In this document: positions 63,495-64,000 of the stretch, in pieces
Layout: each line of letters begins with the position of its first letter
Numbering within the stretch: position 1 is the first letter of the stretch
NCBI RefSeq assembly: GCF_963921235.1
Contig: NC_086097.1
Span: forward strand, 7,564,001 to 7,628,000
Length of the DNA stretch: 64,000 nucleotides
Source of the DNA: Mobula hypostoma
Taxonomy: Eukaryota
Direction of reading: 5' to 3'
Translations under genes and position numbers: made by a program
The notes under the pieces: generated by a model
Databases searched by the model: none
The model's input: the letters and a program-made list of their open reading frames with translations, nothing else
What the model was told of the DNA's origin: nothing

Positions 63495-64000
63495 GCACCT
63501 CTTCCTAGAGATGCTGCCTTGCCTGCTGCGTTCACCAGCAACTTTTATGTGTGTAACCCTCTAAACCCATCCTCTTTCCATCTTCCTGTAACCTTTGATG
63601 CCCTGACTAATGAAGAACTAATCATCCTCCTCTTTAAATATATCCAATGGCTTGGCCTTCATTGCCATCTGTTGCAATGAATTTCCTAGATTTACCACCC
63701 TCTGGCTAAAGAAATTTCTCTTCACCTCTGTTCTAGATGGACGTTCCTCTATTCTGAGGCTGTGCTGTCTGGTTCTAGACTCTCCCACTACAGGAAATAT
63801 CCTCTCCACATCCACTCTGTCTAGGCCTCTGGACCCCACCATGCCACTGGATCTGGGAGGGGATGTCAAGAGGGTGGGTCTGGACCTGTGCAACCCCCTA
63901 CTCACCTAAAATCCATTCACACACACGCTGTTCCTTTCTGAGGAGTGGGGTATCCTACCTATCAAACCCCACTAACTGACTGAAAGGAACCAACATCATC

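Larger units (their letters stand above)
63315..63554. mobile_element. Penelope-derived fold-back (palindromic) insertion with two hammerhead motifs
   Basis: ~95-bp inverted arms 63355-63449 / 63460-63554; exact 14-bp TSD aaccctctaaaccc at 63301-63314 and 63555-63568; interrupts a CR1 3' end. Confidence 0.85.
63230..63828 (-). mobile_element. CR1 3' fragment interrupted by the fold-back element
   Basis: GLDRVDVERIFP...FFSQRVVN. Confidence 0.8.

Noticed and set aside
1..64000. CRISPR arrays, retrons or other prokaryotic defence systems
   Set aside because: No regularly spaced repeat-spacer array or operon structure; all RTs are eukaryotic non-LTR types

Overview
Repeat-dense vertebrate DNA, either intergenic or a very large intron. 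The repeat set (CR1 LINEs, HE1/V-SINE-like tRNA SINEs, Rex1/Babar, Penelope) points to a cartilaginous fish, probably a ray; this is an inference. I can find no host protein-coding gene; nearly all long ORFs are retroelement pieces. Main content: (1) one young, 5'-truncated CR1 LINE at ~13.44-16.93 kb with an SGNH-esterase ORF1 end and an APE+RT ORF2; (2) about 20 shorter CR1 fragments; (3) Rex1/Babar, RTE, HERO-like (restriction-like endonuclease) and Penelope (GIY-YIG) fragments; (4) tRNA-derived SINEs, several non-autonomous retroposon families, one hAT MITE and an old Deu-type SINE. The most interesting signal is a family of Penelope-derived ~200-250 bp fold-back insertions with a minimal hammerhead-ribozyme motif on each arm, 13-14 bp TSDs and arm-shared variants. 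The CR1 ORF1/ORF2 junction also has a T-TTA-AAC-stop slippery site. Boundaries of decayed elements were read by eye and are approximate; family names come from motif recognition, not a database search.
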